64,000 nt of DNA from Eledone cirrhosa. Lineage: Eukaryota. How positions within the stretch are numbered: position 1 is the first letter of the stretch; each line of letters begins with the position of its first letter. The DNA is taken from positions 13,888,001 through 13,952,000 of the forward strand of contig OZ024764.1 in NCBI GenBank assembly GCA_964016885.1. Direction: 5' to 3'. The translations under genes and the position numbers were made by a program. Positions 15,457-29,093 of this stretch are shown here, piece by piece. A model generated the notes under the pieces. The model was not told the DNA's origin and made no database searches. It worked only from the letters and a program-made list of their open reading frames with translations.

Positions 15457-16880
15457 AGTAGAAGGGATATTTAATTTGTTGGATATCCGACAAATATAAA
15501 TATAAATTTTTATAACTGATTTAAAGCACTCAACAGCCTCCTGGAGTAAATATTCAATGATATTAAATAAATGGAAACTATATTTATAAAACCATATTTA
15601 TTTTATTATATATATTTCAAGGTACCAAAACACTTTGGTACGCTTTCTTCAGATAAAATACAAAGTTTGTTTTATAAATAGAGACATACCCAGGAAAATC
15701 ATACCTTAATTGGATATTCTCTGGATAGTGGAAATGCATTAGGGATTTTTCAAACTTATGGGTGAATATGCAAATGAATATGTAAATAATTGAAAAGCAA
15801 CCGTTTATTTAAACGACTATGGAGAGTTTTTATATATAATATATGATAGTGAGAGAGAGAAGAGTGAAGAGAAGAAGGACAAAAATAGTGAGAGAGAGAA
15901 GAAGAAGGAAAAAAGCGAAGATAAATGAAAAGCTCATATAACGTTAATTTGATGGAAATATTTTCGAATAATTATCTATGTATACATGTAAGTATATATT
16001 TTAGTATGTGTATTTATATTAAAAGGATATTTTACGATTATTAGTTGTTTAAAATTTGTTTATAATATAATATGAGTTACGAGGGATGTTTTTCCTTTGT
16101 TTTAAGTAGATAAATAAATAAAAAAAATAATAAATGGGTATATCATGTTATAGGTAGTTGTTCTAATGAGTTATGAGGGATATTGGTTTTGTATTTTATG
16201 TAAATAAATATGTATTTAAAATTGAGAATGATTTAAAATTAAATTAAATTAAATTAACTGAGTTAAGTAATAATATTTATATTTATATGATTGAAAAGGG
16301 AAAATAAGGAAAAAACTCTGATTTTATTTATTTATTCGTTAGTGTGAGGCTATTTAGTAAAAATAAGTATGGATGTTTAAGATACATTTAGCCAGAATCA
16401 GTTAGTGGTTATTAATCTATTGAAAAAATATTGAAAAAATATTGAAAAAATATTGAAAAAATATTGAAAAAATGAAAAAAAAAAAAATTTTGAAAATGTT
16501 TTCAAAAATGTTTGAGAAAAAATTTTTTTAAAAATTAATTTTTTTTAAAGAGATAAGTAATTAAAAAAAAAATAGAAAATTAAAAAATTATTAACATTTT
16601 TTTTTTTTTTTATATTTAAAAAAAATTTTTTTTTTATTTTCTCAAAAAAATTTTTTTTTTATTTTCTCAAAAAATATTTTTCTAAATTTTATTTTTTTAT
16701 TTTTTCAATAAATACACATACTAAAATATATACTTACATGTATACATAGATAATTGTTCGAATATATTTCCATCAAATTAACGTTATATGAGCTTTTCAT
16801 TCATCTTCGCTTTTTTTTCCTTCTCTCTCTCTCACTATTTTTGTCCTTCTTCTCTTCTCTCTCTCACTATCATATATTAT

Positions 16881-17066
16881 GAATTGGCAGTATCGGTAGA
16901 GGGTCGGACGCCATGCTTTGACGCATAGAGTTACGGCCCTTTCCATTCTGAGTTCAAATCCCGCCGAGGTTAACTTTGCCTTTCATCCTTACGCGGTCGA
17001 TAAAATAAAGTGCCAGTAATGTATTGGGGTAATTGCTGGCCTTGTGCCAAAAGTAGAAACAATTAT
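16881..17066 (+). mobile_element. SINE family 1 copy inserted in one arm of the family E fold-back
   Basis: A box, B box, core and 3' end are present. The opposite arm (15820-15850) lacks the insert. Confidence 0.88.
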
Positions 17067-17654
17067 ATATAAAAAATCTCCATAGTCGTTTAAATAAACG
17101 GTTGCTTTTCAATTATTTACATAGTCATTTGCATATTCACCCATAAGTTTGAAAAATCCTTAATACATTTCCACTATCCAGAGAATATCCAACTAAGGTA
17201 TGATTTTCCTGGGTATTTCATAATCATAATATCCCTAAATTACTTATCTCTTAAAAAGAAAAAAAAATATTTGAAAAAAATATTAAACAAATTTTTAAAA
17301 AATTTTTTTTAAATTTTAAAAAAATATAAAAAAAATATTGAAAAAAATTTCTTTTTGATTTTTTTAAAAATTTTCTCCAAAATTAAAAAAAAAATTTTTT
17401 TTTTAAGAGGTAAGTAATTTAGAGATATGATTATGACATACCCAGGAAAATCATACCTTATCAGTTGGATATTCTCTGGATAGTGGAAATATATTATGGA
17501 TTTTTCAAACTTATGGGTGAATATGCAAATGAATATGTAAATAATTGAAAAGGAACCGTTTATTTAAACGACTATGGAGAATCTAGATAAAGCTGTGTTT
17601 CGGTACGCGGGTGCTTTTGAAACTGTTTTCCAAGCTAATACAAAACAAACTTTG

Positions 17655-17717
17655 TATTTTATCTGAAGAAAGCGTACCAAAGTGTTTTGGTACCCTTGAA
17701 ATATATATAATAAAATA
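17655..17717 (+). ncRNA. Type I hammerhead ribozyme (family E)
   Basis: TATTTTAT-CTGAAGA-AAG c GTACCAAA gtgt TTTGGTAC c CTT-GAAA-TATATA-TA-ATAAAATA, with an 8-bp stem I. Minus-strand copies lie at 15599-15660 and 61375-61437 (the latter has CTGATGA). Confidence 0.85.
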
Positions 17718-17772
17718 AATATGGTTTTATAAATATAGTTTCCATTTATTTAATATCATTGTATATATCTAT

Positions 17773-17990
17773 CTAAGGCGGGTAAAATTCCCGAGATCCA
17801 TGGACGACTTCTCTCCAGCGGTCTCTGTCCCTCATTATCGCTGCCATATCCTGCGTCTCCAACAGACCAGTGTCTGTCCTTAGGGCATCAACATACGTTA
17901 ACCTTGGTCTTCCTCTTCCAGTGTGTCCATGTAGGGGCTCCCACAGGAGCACTGAGTGCAATGTCAACTCTGGATGTTGGTGAGCATGGG
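17773..17990 (-). mobile_element. 5'-truncated 3' end of an RTE/RTEX-clade LINE
   Basis: Translates HPELTLHSVLLWEPLHGHTGRGRPRLTYVDALRTDTG...DRDRWREVVHGSREFYPP*, followed by a (TAGA)n tail. Confidence 0.85.
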
Positions 17991-18005
17991 TCGATTGTAT
18001 ATATA

Positions 18006-18060
<55 letters not shown>

Positions 18061-18354
18061 TTTTTAACCGTTGGTCAATCAATGATAAACGTTGATTGCC
18101 AAATAAATTAAATATAGGGATATAAAAGATACAGAAGCGAAAACCAAACCAAACCAAACCAAACCAAACAGTGAGTGTGTTCTGTTATTATTTCTGGTAA
18201 TATTATTACAACAATATGACCCTCCCCAAGTATAACAATATTTTTTTCTACACACGATTTCATATCTAAAACCTTGCAAAACAAATATATATATGTGTAT
18301 AAATATAATATGGAAAACGAAGAATCAGTGATGCATCGGAACACAATTTATTAC

Positions 18355-18445
18355 CGTATTACATGTGTTTCTCCGGCGAACAGCTCGAGGTGAGATCTGT
18401 TTGTGGATCGAATCTGACTCTGGATTCGCAAGTACCCCAGATACG
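18355..18445 (-). ncRNA. Degenerate long-stem-II hammerhead (family G)
   Basis: CGTAT-CTGGGGTA...-GAAA-CACATG-TA-ATACG. The homologue at 52726-52816 has the same 91-nt span and a compensatory stem I (CGTGT/ACACG). Confidence 0.5.
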
Positions 18446-18632
18446 TCTAGTGATTTCTTATCAAATCCTCTTTCTGCTGGACTCTTCGAATTTCTATCAT
18501 CTGCCATCATCCTGCTTGCACGGCACTTCGATTGGTTGATAGTTCGAGACGTCATCTTAGTGTTTGACCATTCAGGAGCATAGAGTGCTCAACCGGCATA
18601 CCGCCTATGGATGCATCCAAGCAACCTTACTT

Positions 18633-18683
<51 letters not shown>

Positions 18684-19033
18684 GTTCGTAAAAAATCTGA
18701 GGATGAAGTATGCAGGAAAACAGTACTCAATACTCAATCTTATTTAGTATAAAGTATCATGCACTTAACATGTATGTGATACCATTAGTTTCGCGGACCA
18801 CTTATGACCACCACTCTATAATGGAGGAGGCACTTTTAAACTGGCTCTTCAAATCGGTACGTGGACAAATTAGTCACTGAGGAGGTCGCAGAATGTGTGA
18901 CGAAAGCGCTTTGACTATAAATAAACAACCATCCGGATATTAAACCAACCAACTGGAAAATTGTAATACATTGAAGTGAAAAGTAACAGGTGCGTGTGTT
19001 TTTACTGGCAGCATGACCCTCCCAAAAATATAT

Positions 19034-19086
<53 letters not shown>

Positions 19087-19111
19087 TATATATATTTATG
19101 TATTTATATCA

Positions 19112-19157
<46 letters not shown>

Positions 19158-19270
19158 ATATGTATGTATGTATTTATATCAATATACATATATATATATA
19201 TATATAGTATATATATATATATATATACATATATCAATATGTGTGTATATATATATATACCGGGATAAGT

Positions 19271-19302
<32 letters not shown>

Positions 19303-19344
19303 CATATATCAATATGTGTGTATATATATATATACCGGGATAAG

Positions 19345-19398
<54 letters not shown>

Positions 19399-19431
19399 AT
19401 CTATTCATATCAATATATATATATCGCTATG

Positions 19432-19474
<43 letters not shown>

Positions 19475-19552
19475 ATATATACATATATATATATACATGT
19501 ATATATATACATATATATATATACATGTATATATATACATATATATATATAC

Positions 19553-19603
<51 letters not shown>

Positions 19604-19766
19604 CACAGGAACATTCATACACACACATACGTGCCTGTGTTTGTGTACACACCACCTCCCTCTCTCTCTCTTTAAATGTACCCCCCCCCCCCCCCTCCAC
19701 TACCGACAACAATACATAGGCACTTCCGGTATTTAAGGTGCGGTGGTATCTCAATTTCGGAAGGAA

Positions 19767-20014
19767 CCATCACTACCACCACTACCACCACTACCACCAC
19801 TACCACCACTACCACAAATACTAACACAACAACAGCCACACCAATACCACCACCACCAACAACAACAACAACAAATACCACAACAACAATAACAACAGTG
19901 ACAACAACCACAGCAACCACAACAATAACAACCACAACAACAACAACAACAACAGTAACCACTACAACAACAGATACCACAACAGTAACAACAACAGTAA
20001 CAACAACAACCACT

Positions 20015-20074
<60 letters not shown>

Positions 20075-20340
20075 GTAACAACAACCACAGCAACCACTAC
20101 AACAACAAAAACAACAACAACATTAACAACAACCACAACAACAACAACAAATACCACAACAGCAACAGTAACAACAACAACCACAAGAGCCTATTTCAAT
20201 CAATACTACAACGCCAACTACATCACTTACAAATACAACAACAACAACAGTAACAACAACAACAACAACAACAGTAACAACAACAACAGTAACAACAACA
20301 ACAGTAACAACAACAACAACAACAGTAACTACAACACCAG
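19767..20340. repeat. (CAA)n/(CAC)n low-complexity tract
   Basis: Direct read. Confidence 0.95.
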
Positions 20341-20471
20341 CAAGATTACCGGTAGTTTTTTTTATCTAATTATGTCACCATCTGTGGTTACGTATTTATC
20401 GTGGTACGAAGTATTCCTGGACTATTTTGGGGTCTACAGCTGTCGTCAAAAAATGTGGGCAGAGTATATGG

Positions 20472-20535
<64 letters not shown>

Positions 20536-20604
20536 TTATATATATATATACATATATATATATATAATTCCTGGACCTTTCCGACGAAATTACTTCATTT
20601 ACAC

Positions 20605-20645
<41 letters not shown>

Positions 20646-20671
20646 GAGATACATATATATACACATATATA

Positions 20672-20704
<33 letters not shown>

Positions 20705-20705
<1 letters not shown>

Positions 20706-20843
20706 GTCCAGAATTAGCCGTCGAAACGGCTTGAGCTCAGCCGTCGGGGTCCTACTCGTTCCTATTACCCACTCTACTACTCTAAGTATTGAGTACTTTG
20801 GTGCGTTATGGTCCACCTGGTTCCTTATCACATTTCTTTCGTT
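20705..20843 (+). mobile_element. PLE pLTR-like family B (about 10 copies in the window, mostly fold-back)
   Basis: TAGCCGTCGAAACGGCTTGAGCTCAGCCGTCGGGGTCC...GTATTGAGTACT...CACATTTC(C/T)TTCGT(TA)n. Other copies lie near 27365, 46765, 48480, 50414, 57441, 60025, 62373, 63041 and 63794. Confidence 0.75.
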
Positions 20844-20865
20844 ATACATACATATATATATATAT

Positions 20866-21475
20866 GGTGGCTGCCAACTCGTTTTCGAGTACGGCCACTA
20901 CTTTATATCCATGTAGGAGAACCCCTACGGATGCGCTGAACGAGTGTGACTTTTTAGTCCAGCCAGCGACTTGAAAACTCTGGTACAAACACTACACTTG
21001 TGACAATTATTGACACATAGTGCTGGGCCCTTGGTACCATGTGACGACAAATGCAGATAGATCTCCAGATATAAAGCAATGCCTGTGTCGTGAAGCTTTT
21101 ATAGTGAGCAAAAGCACTGCACAAAGCCAGTCCCACTCTCTTAACCAAGATGATATTTACCAAAAAGAAGAACAAGTCAACATCATTGGATACCATCAGG
21201 GTTGCAGGTGTTATATCAGAGTTTTCCTTCTCCTAGAATTCTGCCTTGACAAAGGCTAAGGGGTCATCTCTCCCGGTGATTTTGGATGGCCATTGACTCT
21301 TAAGAGCTCCTTTGCCCTTTGACAGGTTTTGTTTTTAGTCCTGCAGGATGTGCAAAGTCACCCTCCTCACCAAGAAACCTTGGTGGGGTTGCCAGTTTAG
21401 TCGCCAACGACCCGACCATGAGACAGGTTGTACTGGGATACATGTTACCAGTAGCACCAGCTGGTGACCTGACAT
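20866..21475 (-). mobile_element. ~605-bp bipartite non-autonomous RTE-derived retroelement, copy 1
   Basis: The 5' half has an RTE-type UTR motif (TCTAGGAGAAGGAAAACTCTGA). The 3' half encodes [24 protein letters not shown], a C2H2 finger of the type found at RTE ORF2 C-termini. Confidence 0.75.
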
Positions 21476-21615
21476 ATATATATATATACATATATATATA
21501 TACATATATATATACATACATATATATATACATACACACACATATATATATATACATACACACACATATATATGTATATATACACATATATCTATACATA
21601 CATACACACACACAT

Positions 21616-21679
<64 letters not shown>

Positions 21680-21813
21680 GGTGAGTAATATTGTAGAACA
21701 ATAAAACTATGCATATATCAGATAAGTAGCACTCAGCAGTTGGTAGAACTGGAGTATATATTAAAGAAGAAATTTAAAGAAGAAATTAAAAGATGGTTAA
21801 AAAAGTTCCATAA

Positions 21814-21881
21814 ATTTTATTATGCGCATTTCGAAAATAACATCATCTTAAAACAAAAATTGTGTTCTCATCAGATAAAAT
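21814..21881 (-). ncRNA. Canonical type I hammerhead ribozyme (family I)
   Basis: Minus strand: ATTTTAT-CTGATGA-GAA...TTC-GAAA-TGCGCA-TA-ATAAAAT. Stem I is 7 bp, G10.1-C11.1 is present, and stem III is palindromic. Confidence 0.85.
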
Positions 21882-21932
21882 AACGTAACATGATATGAGG
21901 CCTAAAAACATTTGTCAACAGGAAAGTGCAAA

Positions 21933-23480
21933 GTCTGATCTGATGATGAGCTCCTTTCTTCTGCAAGGTGTTGTGACAGACAGATAGTATCAGTAATGGA
22001 AAGACCAATGGAAACATCGTTTCCTTGGTCTGATCTGATGATCAGCTCCTTTCTTCTGCCAGGAGTTGTGACTGACAGATAGTATCAGTAATGGAAAGAC
22101 CAATGGAGACATTGTTTCCTTGGTCTGATCTGATGATCAGCTCCTTTCTTCTGCCAGGAGTTGTGACTGACAGATAGTATCAGTAATGGAAAGACCAATG
22201 GAGACATTGTTTCCTTGGTCTGATCTGATGATCAGCTCCTTTCTTCTGCCAGGAGTTGTGACTGACAGATAGTATCAGTAATGGAAAGACCAATGGAGAC
22301 ATTGTTTCCTTGGTCTGATCTGATGATCAGCTCCTTTCTTCTGCCAGGAGTTGTGACTGACAGATAGTATCAGTACTAGAAAGACCAATGGAGACATTGT
22401 TTCCTTGGTCTGATCTGATGATCAGCTCCTTTCTTCTGCCAGGAGTTGTGACTGACAGATAGTATCAGTACTAGAAAGACCAATGGAGACATTGTTTCCT
22501 TGGTCTGATCTGATGATCAGCTCCTTTCTTCTGCCAGGTGTTGTGACTGACAGATAGTATCAGTAATGGAAAGACCAATGGAGACATTGTTTCCTTGGTC
22601 TGATCTGATGATCAGCTCCTTTCTTCTGCCAGGAGTTGTGACTGACAGATAGTATCAGTAATGGAAAGACCAATGGAAACATTTTTTCCTTGGTCTGATC
22701 TGATGATCAGCTCCTTTCTTCTGCCAGGAGTTGTGACTGACAGATAGTATCAGTAATGGAAAGACTAATGGAGACATTGTTTCCTTGGTCTGATCTGATG
22801 ATCAGCTCCTTTCTTTTGCCAGGAGTTGTGACTGATAGAAAGTATCAGTAATGGAAAGACCAATGGAAACATTGTTTCCTTGGTCTGATCTGATGATCAG
22901 CTCCTTTCTTCTGCCAGGAGTTGTGACTGATAGAAAGTATCAGTAATGGAAAGACCAATGGAGACATTGTTTCCTTGGTCTGATCTGATGATCAGCTCCT
23001 TTCTTCTGCCAGGTGTTGTGACTGACAGATAGTATCAGTAATGGAAAGACCAATGGAAACATTTTTTCCTTGGTCTGATCTGATGATCAGCTCCTTTCTT
23101 CTGCCAGGAGTTGTGACTGACAGATAGTATCAGTACTAGAAAGACCAATGGAGACATTGTTTCCTTGGTCTGATCTGATGATCAGCTCCTTTCTTCTGCC
23201 AGGTGTTGTGACTGACAGATAGTATCAGTAATGGAAAGACCAATGGAGACATTGTTTCCTTGGTCTGATCTGATGATCAGCTCCTTTCTTCTGCCAGGTG
23301 TTGTGACTGACAGATAGTATCAGTAATGGAAAGACCAATGGAGACATTGTTTCCTTGGTCTGATCTGATGATCAGCTCCTTTAGGAATTGTAACTGACAG
23401 ATAGTATCAGTAATGGAAAGACCAATGGAAACATTTTTTCCTTGGTCTGATCTGATGATCAGCTCCTTTCTTCTGCCAGG
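21933..23480. repeat. 95-bp minisatellite, about 16 units
   Basis: Unit TGGTCTGATCTGATGATCAGCTCCTTTCTTCTGCCAGGAGTTGTGACTGACAGATAGTATCAGTAATGGAAAGACCAATGGAGACATTGTTTCCT. Confidence 0.95.
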
Positions 23481-23566
23481 AACTGTTAGTAGTGTCATTG
23501 TTGCTGAAGTGGCTGTACTTGTTATTGTTGCTTACGTCATAACTAGGTGAAGGTCTTTACCTATCC

Positions 23567-23654
<88 letters not shown>

Positions 23655-23779
23655 TTTGTAAACTTCGTGTGGTGCAAAGAAAATTATAAGTATGTACTTT
23701 ATCATAAAAAATATATGTATGTATGTATGTATATGTTCACGTATTTATGTACGTTTGTGTGTATATATATATATGTGTG

Positions 23780-23813
<34 letters not shown>

Positions 23814-23926
23814 TACATAGATAGATATGTACCTACACATACATACATATATACATACATACATACATACATACATACATACATACATACATACATACAT
23901 ACATACATACGTACATACATACATAC

Positions 23927-24538
23927 ATGGTGGCTGCCAACTCGTTTTCGAGTACGGCCACTACTTTATATCCATGTAGGAGAACCCCTACGGATGCGCT
24001 GAACGAGTGTGACTTTTTAGTCCAGCCAGCGACTTTGAAAACTCTGGTACAAACACTACACTTGTGACAATTATTGTAACATAGTGCTGGGCCCATGGTA
24101 CCATGTGACGACAAGTGCAGAGAGATCTCCAGATATAAAGCAGTGCCTGTGCCGTGAAGCTTTTATAGTGAGCAAAGGCACTGCACAAAGCCAGTCTCAC
24201 TCTCTTAACCAAGATGATATTTACCAAAAAGAAGAACAAGTCAACATCATTGGACACTATCAGGGTTGCAGGTGTTATATCAGAGTTTTCCTTCTCCTAG
24301 AATTCTGCCTTGACAAAGGCTAAGGGGTCATCTCTCCCGGTGATTTTGGATGACCACTGACTCTTAAGAGCTCCTTTGCCCTTTGACAGGTTTTGTTTTT
24401 AGTCCTGCAGGATGTCCAAAGTCACCCTCCTCACCAAGAAACCTTGGTGGGGCTGCCAGTTTAGTCGCCAACGACCCGACCATGAGACAGGTTGTACTGG
24501 GATACATATTACCAGTAGCACCAGCTGGTGACCTGACA
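23927..24538 (-). mobile_element. 605-bp RTE-derived element, copy 2
   Basis: Near-identical to 20866-21475, flanked by (CATA)n. Confidence 0.8.
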
Positions 24539-24605
24539 TACATACATACATACATACATACATACATACATACATACATACATACATACATACATACATA
24601 CATAC

Positions 24606-25217
24606 ATGGTGGCTGCCAACTCGTTTTCGAGTACGGCCACTACTTTATATCCATGTAGGAGAACCCCTACCGATGCGCTGAACGAGTGTGACTTTTCAGT
24701 CCGGCCAGCGACTTGAAAACTTTGGTACAAACACTACACTTGTGACAATTATTGACACATAGTGCTGGGCCCATGGTACCATGTGACGACAAGTGCAGAG
24801 AGATCTCCAGATATAAAGCAATGCCTGTGTCGTGAAGCTTTTATAGTGAGCAAAGGCACTGCACAAGGCCAGTCCCACTCTCTTAACCAAGATGATATTT
24901 ACCAAAAAGAAGAACAAGTCAACATCATTGGATACCATCAGGGTTGCAGGTGTTATATCAGAGTTCTCCTTCTCCTAGAATTCTGCCTTGACAAAGGCTA
25001 AGGGGTCATCTCTCCCAGTGATTTTGGATGGCCATTGACTCTTAAGAGCTCCTTTGCCCTTTGACAGGTTTTGTTTTTAGTCCTGCAGGATGTCCAAAGT
25101 CACCCTCCTCACCAAGAAACCTTGGTGGGGTTGCCAGTTTAGTCGCCAACGACCCGACCATGGGACAGGTTGTACTGGGATACATGTTACCAGTAGCACC
25201 AACTGGTGACCTGACAT
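24606..25217 (-). mobile_element. 605-bp RTE-derived element, copy 3, head-to-tail with copy 2
   Basis: Near-identical, separated from copy 2 only by (CATA)n. Confidence 0.8.
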
Positions 25218-25540
25218 ACATACATACATACATACATACATAGTTTATAATAAAGTACATACATATAGAATGTATGTGACACATTAGGCGCTCAGTGTCC
25301 AGTTATGGCCACCCCTGTATTGTTGAGTAATGGTTCTAAACCTGACCTCGCCCGTCTCGTAACCACTAAACGGTGGTGGCCATATCTGGACGCCGAAATC
25401 CAAGGCCACACATCTATGTTAAGTGTGTATTATAAACAAACAAATACTTATATATTATAGGATTGTTTTTTTACCTTGACCTAGTATGTACTGTAGTGAC
25501 ATACTACATATATACATCTACACATATATATACATATACA

Positions 25541-25590
<50 letters not shown>

Positions 25591-25591
25591 T

Positions 25592-25632
<41 letters not shown>

Positions 25633-26112
25633 TAAATATATATATTCATAAATATATATAAACACACATATATACATATATATATACACAAATATATATA
25701 CAGACATATATGTATATATATATTCATATATATATACATATGTATATTCATATATATACAATATATATATATATATATATTCATATATATACATATATAT
25801 ATATATTCATATATATGCATATATATATATTCATATATATGCATATATATATATATATTCATATATATATACATATATTCATATATATACATATATATAT
25901 ATTCATATATATACATATATATATATATTCATATATATACATATATATATATTCATATATATACATATATATATATTCATATATATACATATATATATAT
26001 TCATATATATACATATATATATTCATACATATACATACATATATATATATATTCATACATATACATACATATATATATATATATTCATACATATACATAC
26101 ATATATATATTC

Positions 26113-26196
<84 letters not shown>

Positions 26197-26485
26197 TACA
26201 TATATACATATATACATATATACACACAAATATATGCACTTATACACACATATATACATATATACACACATAATATAATTTCAGCGAGATCGGATTTCGG
26301 CTGTGGTCGAAAACAAAGCGAAACGCAATATCCGAATTATGCTCGCAAGCGCTCCATTGACCAAATAAAGAGCAGAGCAATAAACATAAGTTGTAAAGGC
26401 CAAACAAACTGAGATGGCGGCCAAGAAGCTATCAACCACACCTAAGCCAAAAAGACGAGGCAAGCCAAACAGGTCAAACAAAATA

Positions 26486-26520
<35 letters not shown>

Positions 26521-26921
26521 TATTTCAATTTGGCTGTCATTCGATGCGTGAGGGAGCAGCTTAGCAGACACGATTTTTAACTGCGGTAAGAATTTTTTCT
26601 TATATCAAAGTTTAATGGCTTCCACTGAAGATTTATAAGTGCCCACCTAAATATATTCTTACATGAATATATGTGAGGCTTCTACATAAACTGGAAACAT
26701 TCTCCCAACTTGTAGAAAACTTATAATGAAACAATTGTTTGGAAAGAGAGATATATTTTAACTTTAATTATATCTCATAAAATAATACAACTGGCTTTCC
26801 ACAAAATACATATAGTTAGCACCCCAAACACTTAAATTGGGTTATACTAACATATAACCTAATGTTTGTTGAGTGAGATGGTTACCAGTCGGAGTTTAGC
26901 GTTAAGCTATCTCTGTTATTG

Positions 26922-27013
<92 letters not shown>

Positions 27014-27290
27014 GTACATGCCATTATACACCCACACAAGGACCCTAGCAAATCGGAGCTATTATCAGTGTGAGACAAGTTATTTCGCCACCACCACCAC
27101 CACCACCAACACACTCACCACCACCAGTTCCAGTTATTTTACAATACAGTAGCACGACAAAACTCTCATCACAATATAAAAGTTGGAATTTCCGCTCCTC
27201 CGAAATTTTGGGTCATTCCCAAAAACCGCAAGATTCCACCGCCTTTCTCTCAATTGAAACGGTCGTGACTGACTTTGTTATTTACACTGT

Positions 27291-27349
<59 letters not shown>

Positions 27350-27601
27350 CATATATATATATATAGGAAAAGGTTCAGGACCCCGACGGCAGAGCTCAAG
27401 CCGTTTCGTCAGGTATTTCTGTCCATTTTAGTCCAATTCTGGCTATTTTAGCCAATAGCCGTCTAAATGGCTTGAGCTCTGTCGTTGAGGTCCTGAACCT
27501 TTTCTTATTACCCACTCTACTACCCAAAATATTGAGTACTCTGGTGCGTTATGTGTCACCGAAAATATTTGTAAAAAGACGAAATAATTGTTAAAATAAA
27601 T

Positions 27602-29093
27602 AATTGTTTCTACTTTAGGCACAAGGCCAGCAATTACCCAGTGCATTACTGGTACTTTATTTTATCGACCACGTAAGGATGAAAGGCAAAGTCAACCTCG
27701 GCGGGATTTGAACTCAGATCGTAAAGGGACGTAACTATGCTGGAAAGCATGGCGTCCGACCCTCTACCGATACTGCCAATCCACCGCCCTACCATGGCGT
27801 CCGACCCTCTACCGATACTGCCAATCCACCGCCCTACCATGGCGTCCGACCCTCTACCGATACTGCCAATCCACCACCCTACCATGGCGTCCGACCCTCT
27901 ACCGATACTGCCAATCCACCACCCTACCATGGCGTCCGACCCTCTACCGATACTGCCAATCCACCACCCTACCATGGCGTCCGACCCTCTACCGATACTG
28001 CCAATCCACCACCCTACCATGGCGTCCGACCCTCTACCGATACTGCCAATCCACCACCCTACCATGGCGTCCGACCCTCTACCGATACTGCCAATCCACC
28101 ACCCTACCATGGCGTCCGACCCTCTACCGATACTGCCAATCCACCACCCTACCATGGCGTCCGACCCTCTACCGATACTGCCAATCCACCACCCTACCAT
28201 GGTGTCCGACCCTCTACCGATACTGCCAATCCACCACCCTACCATGGCGTCCGACCCTCTACCGATACTGCCAATCCACCACCCTACCATGGCGTCCGAC
28301 CCTCTACCGATACTGCCAATCCACCACCCTACCATGGCGTCCGACCCTCTACCGATACTGCCAATCCACCACCCTACCATGGCGTCCGACCCTCTACCGA
28401 TACTGCCAATCCACCACCCTACCATGGCGTCCGACCCTCTACCGATACTGCCAATCCACCGCCCTACCATGGCGTCCGACCCTCTACCGATACTGCCAAT
28501 CCACCGCCCTACCATGGCGTCCGACCCCTCTACCGATACTGCCAATCCACCACCCTACCATGGCGTCCGACCCTCTACCGATACTGCCAATCCACCGCCC
28601 TACCATGGCGTCCGACCCTCTACCGATACTGCCAATCCACCGCCCTAGCATGGCGTCCGACCCTCTACCGATACTGCCAATCCACCACCCTACCATGGCG
28701 TCCGACCCTCTACCGATACTGCCAATCCACCGCCCTACCATGGCGTCCGACCCTCTACCGATACTGCCAATCCACCGCCCTACCATGGCGTCCGACCCTC
28801 TACCGATACTGCCAATCCACCGCCCTACCATGGCGTCCGACCCTCTACCGATACTGCCAATCCACCACCCTACCATGGCGTCCGACCCTCTACCGATACT
28901 GCCAATCCACCGCCCTACCATGGCGTCCGACCCTCTACCGATACTGCCAATCCACCGCCCTACCATGGCGTCCGACCCTCTACCGATACTGCCAATCCAC
29001 CGCCCTACCATGGCGTCCGACCCTCTACCGATACTGCCAATCCACCACCTACCATGGCGTCCGACCCTCTACCGACTCTGCCAATCCACCGCC
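27602..29093 (-). mobile_element. SINE-1 copy with a ~30-unit tandem amplification of its 45-bp A-box head
   Basis: Unit GGCGTCCGACCCTCTACCGATACTGCCAATCCACC(G/A)CCCTACCAT. Flanked by the direct repeat AATTGTTAAAATAAATAAT at 27586-27604 and 29094-29112. Confidence 0.92.

Larger units (their letters stand above)
15458..17765. mobile_element. PLE-like family E: ~2.3-kb nested fold-back structure with a hammerhead in each outer arm
   Basis: Inverted pairs: 15555-15670 with 17645-17760, 15680-15825 with 17077-17215, 15845-16010 with 16715-16875, and 17077-17240 with 17410-17580. A SINE-1 copy is inserted at 16881-17066. Confidence 0.7.

Noticed and set aside
18778-18858. Minus-strand TTGAAGA-GC...GC-GAAA-CTAATGG-TA hammerhead-like motif
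   Set aside because: Stem I register and stems II/III pair poorly, so it is too degenerate to call.
21933-23480. Tandem retrozyme array (CTGATGA and GAAA in each unit)
   Set aside because: The topology fails: position 17 would be G and there is no room for stem I.
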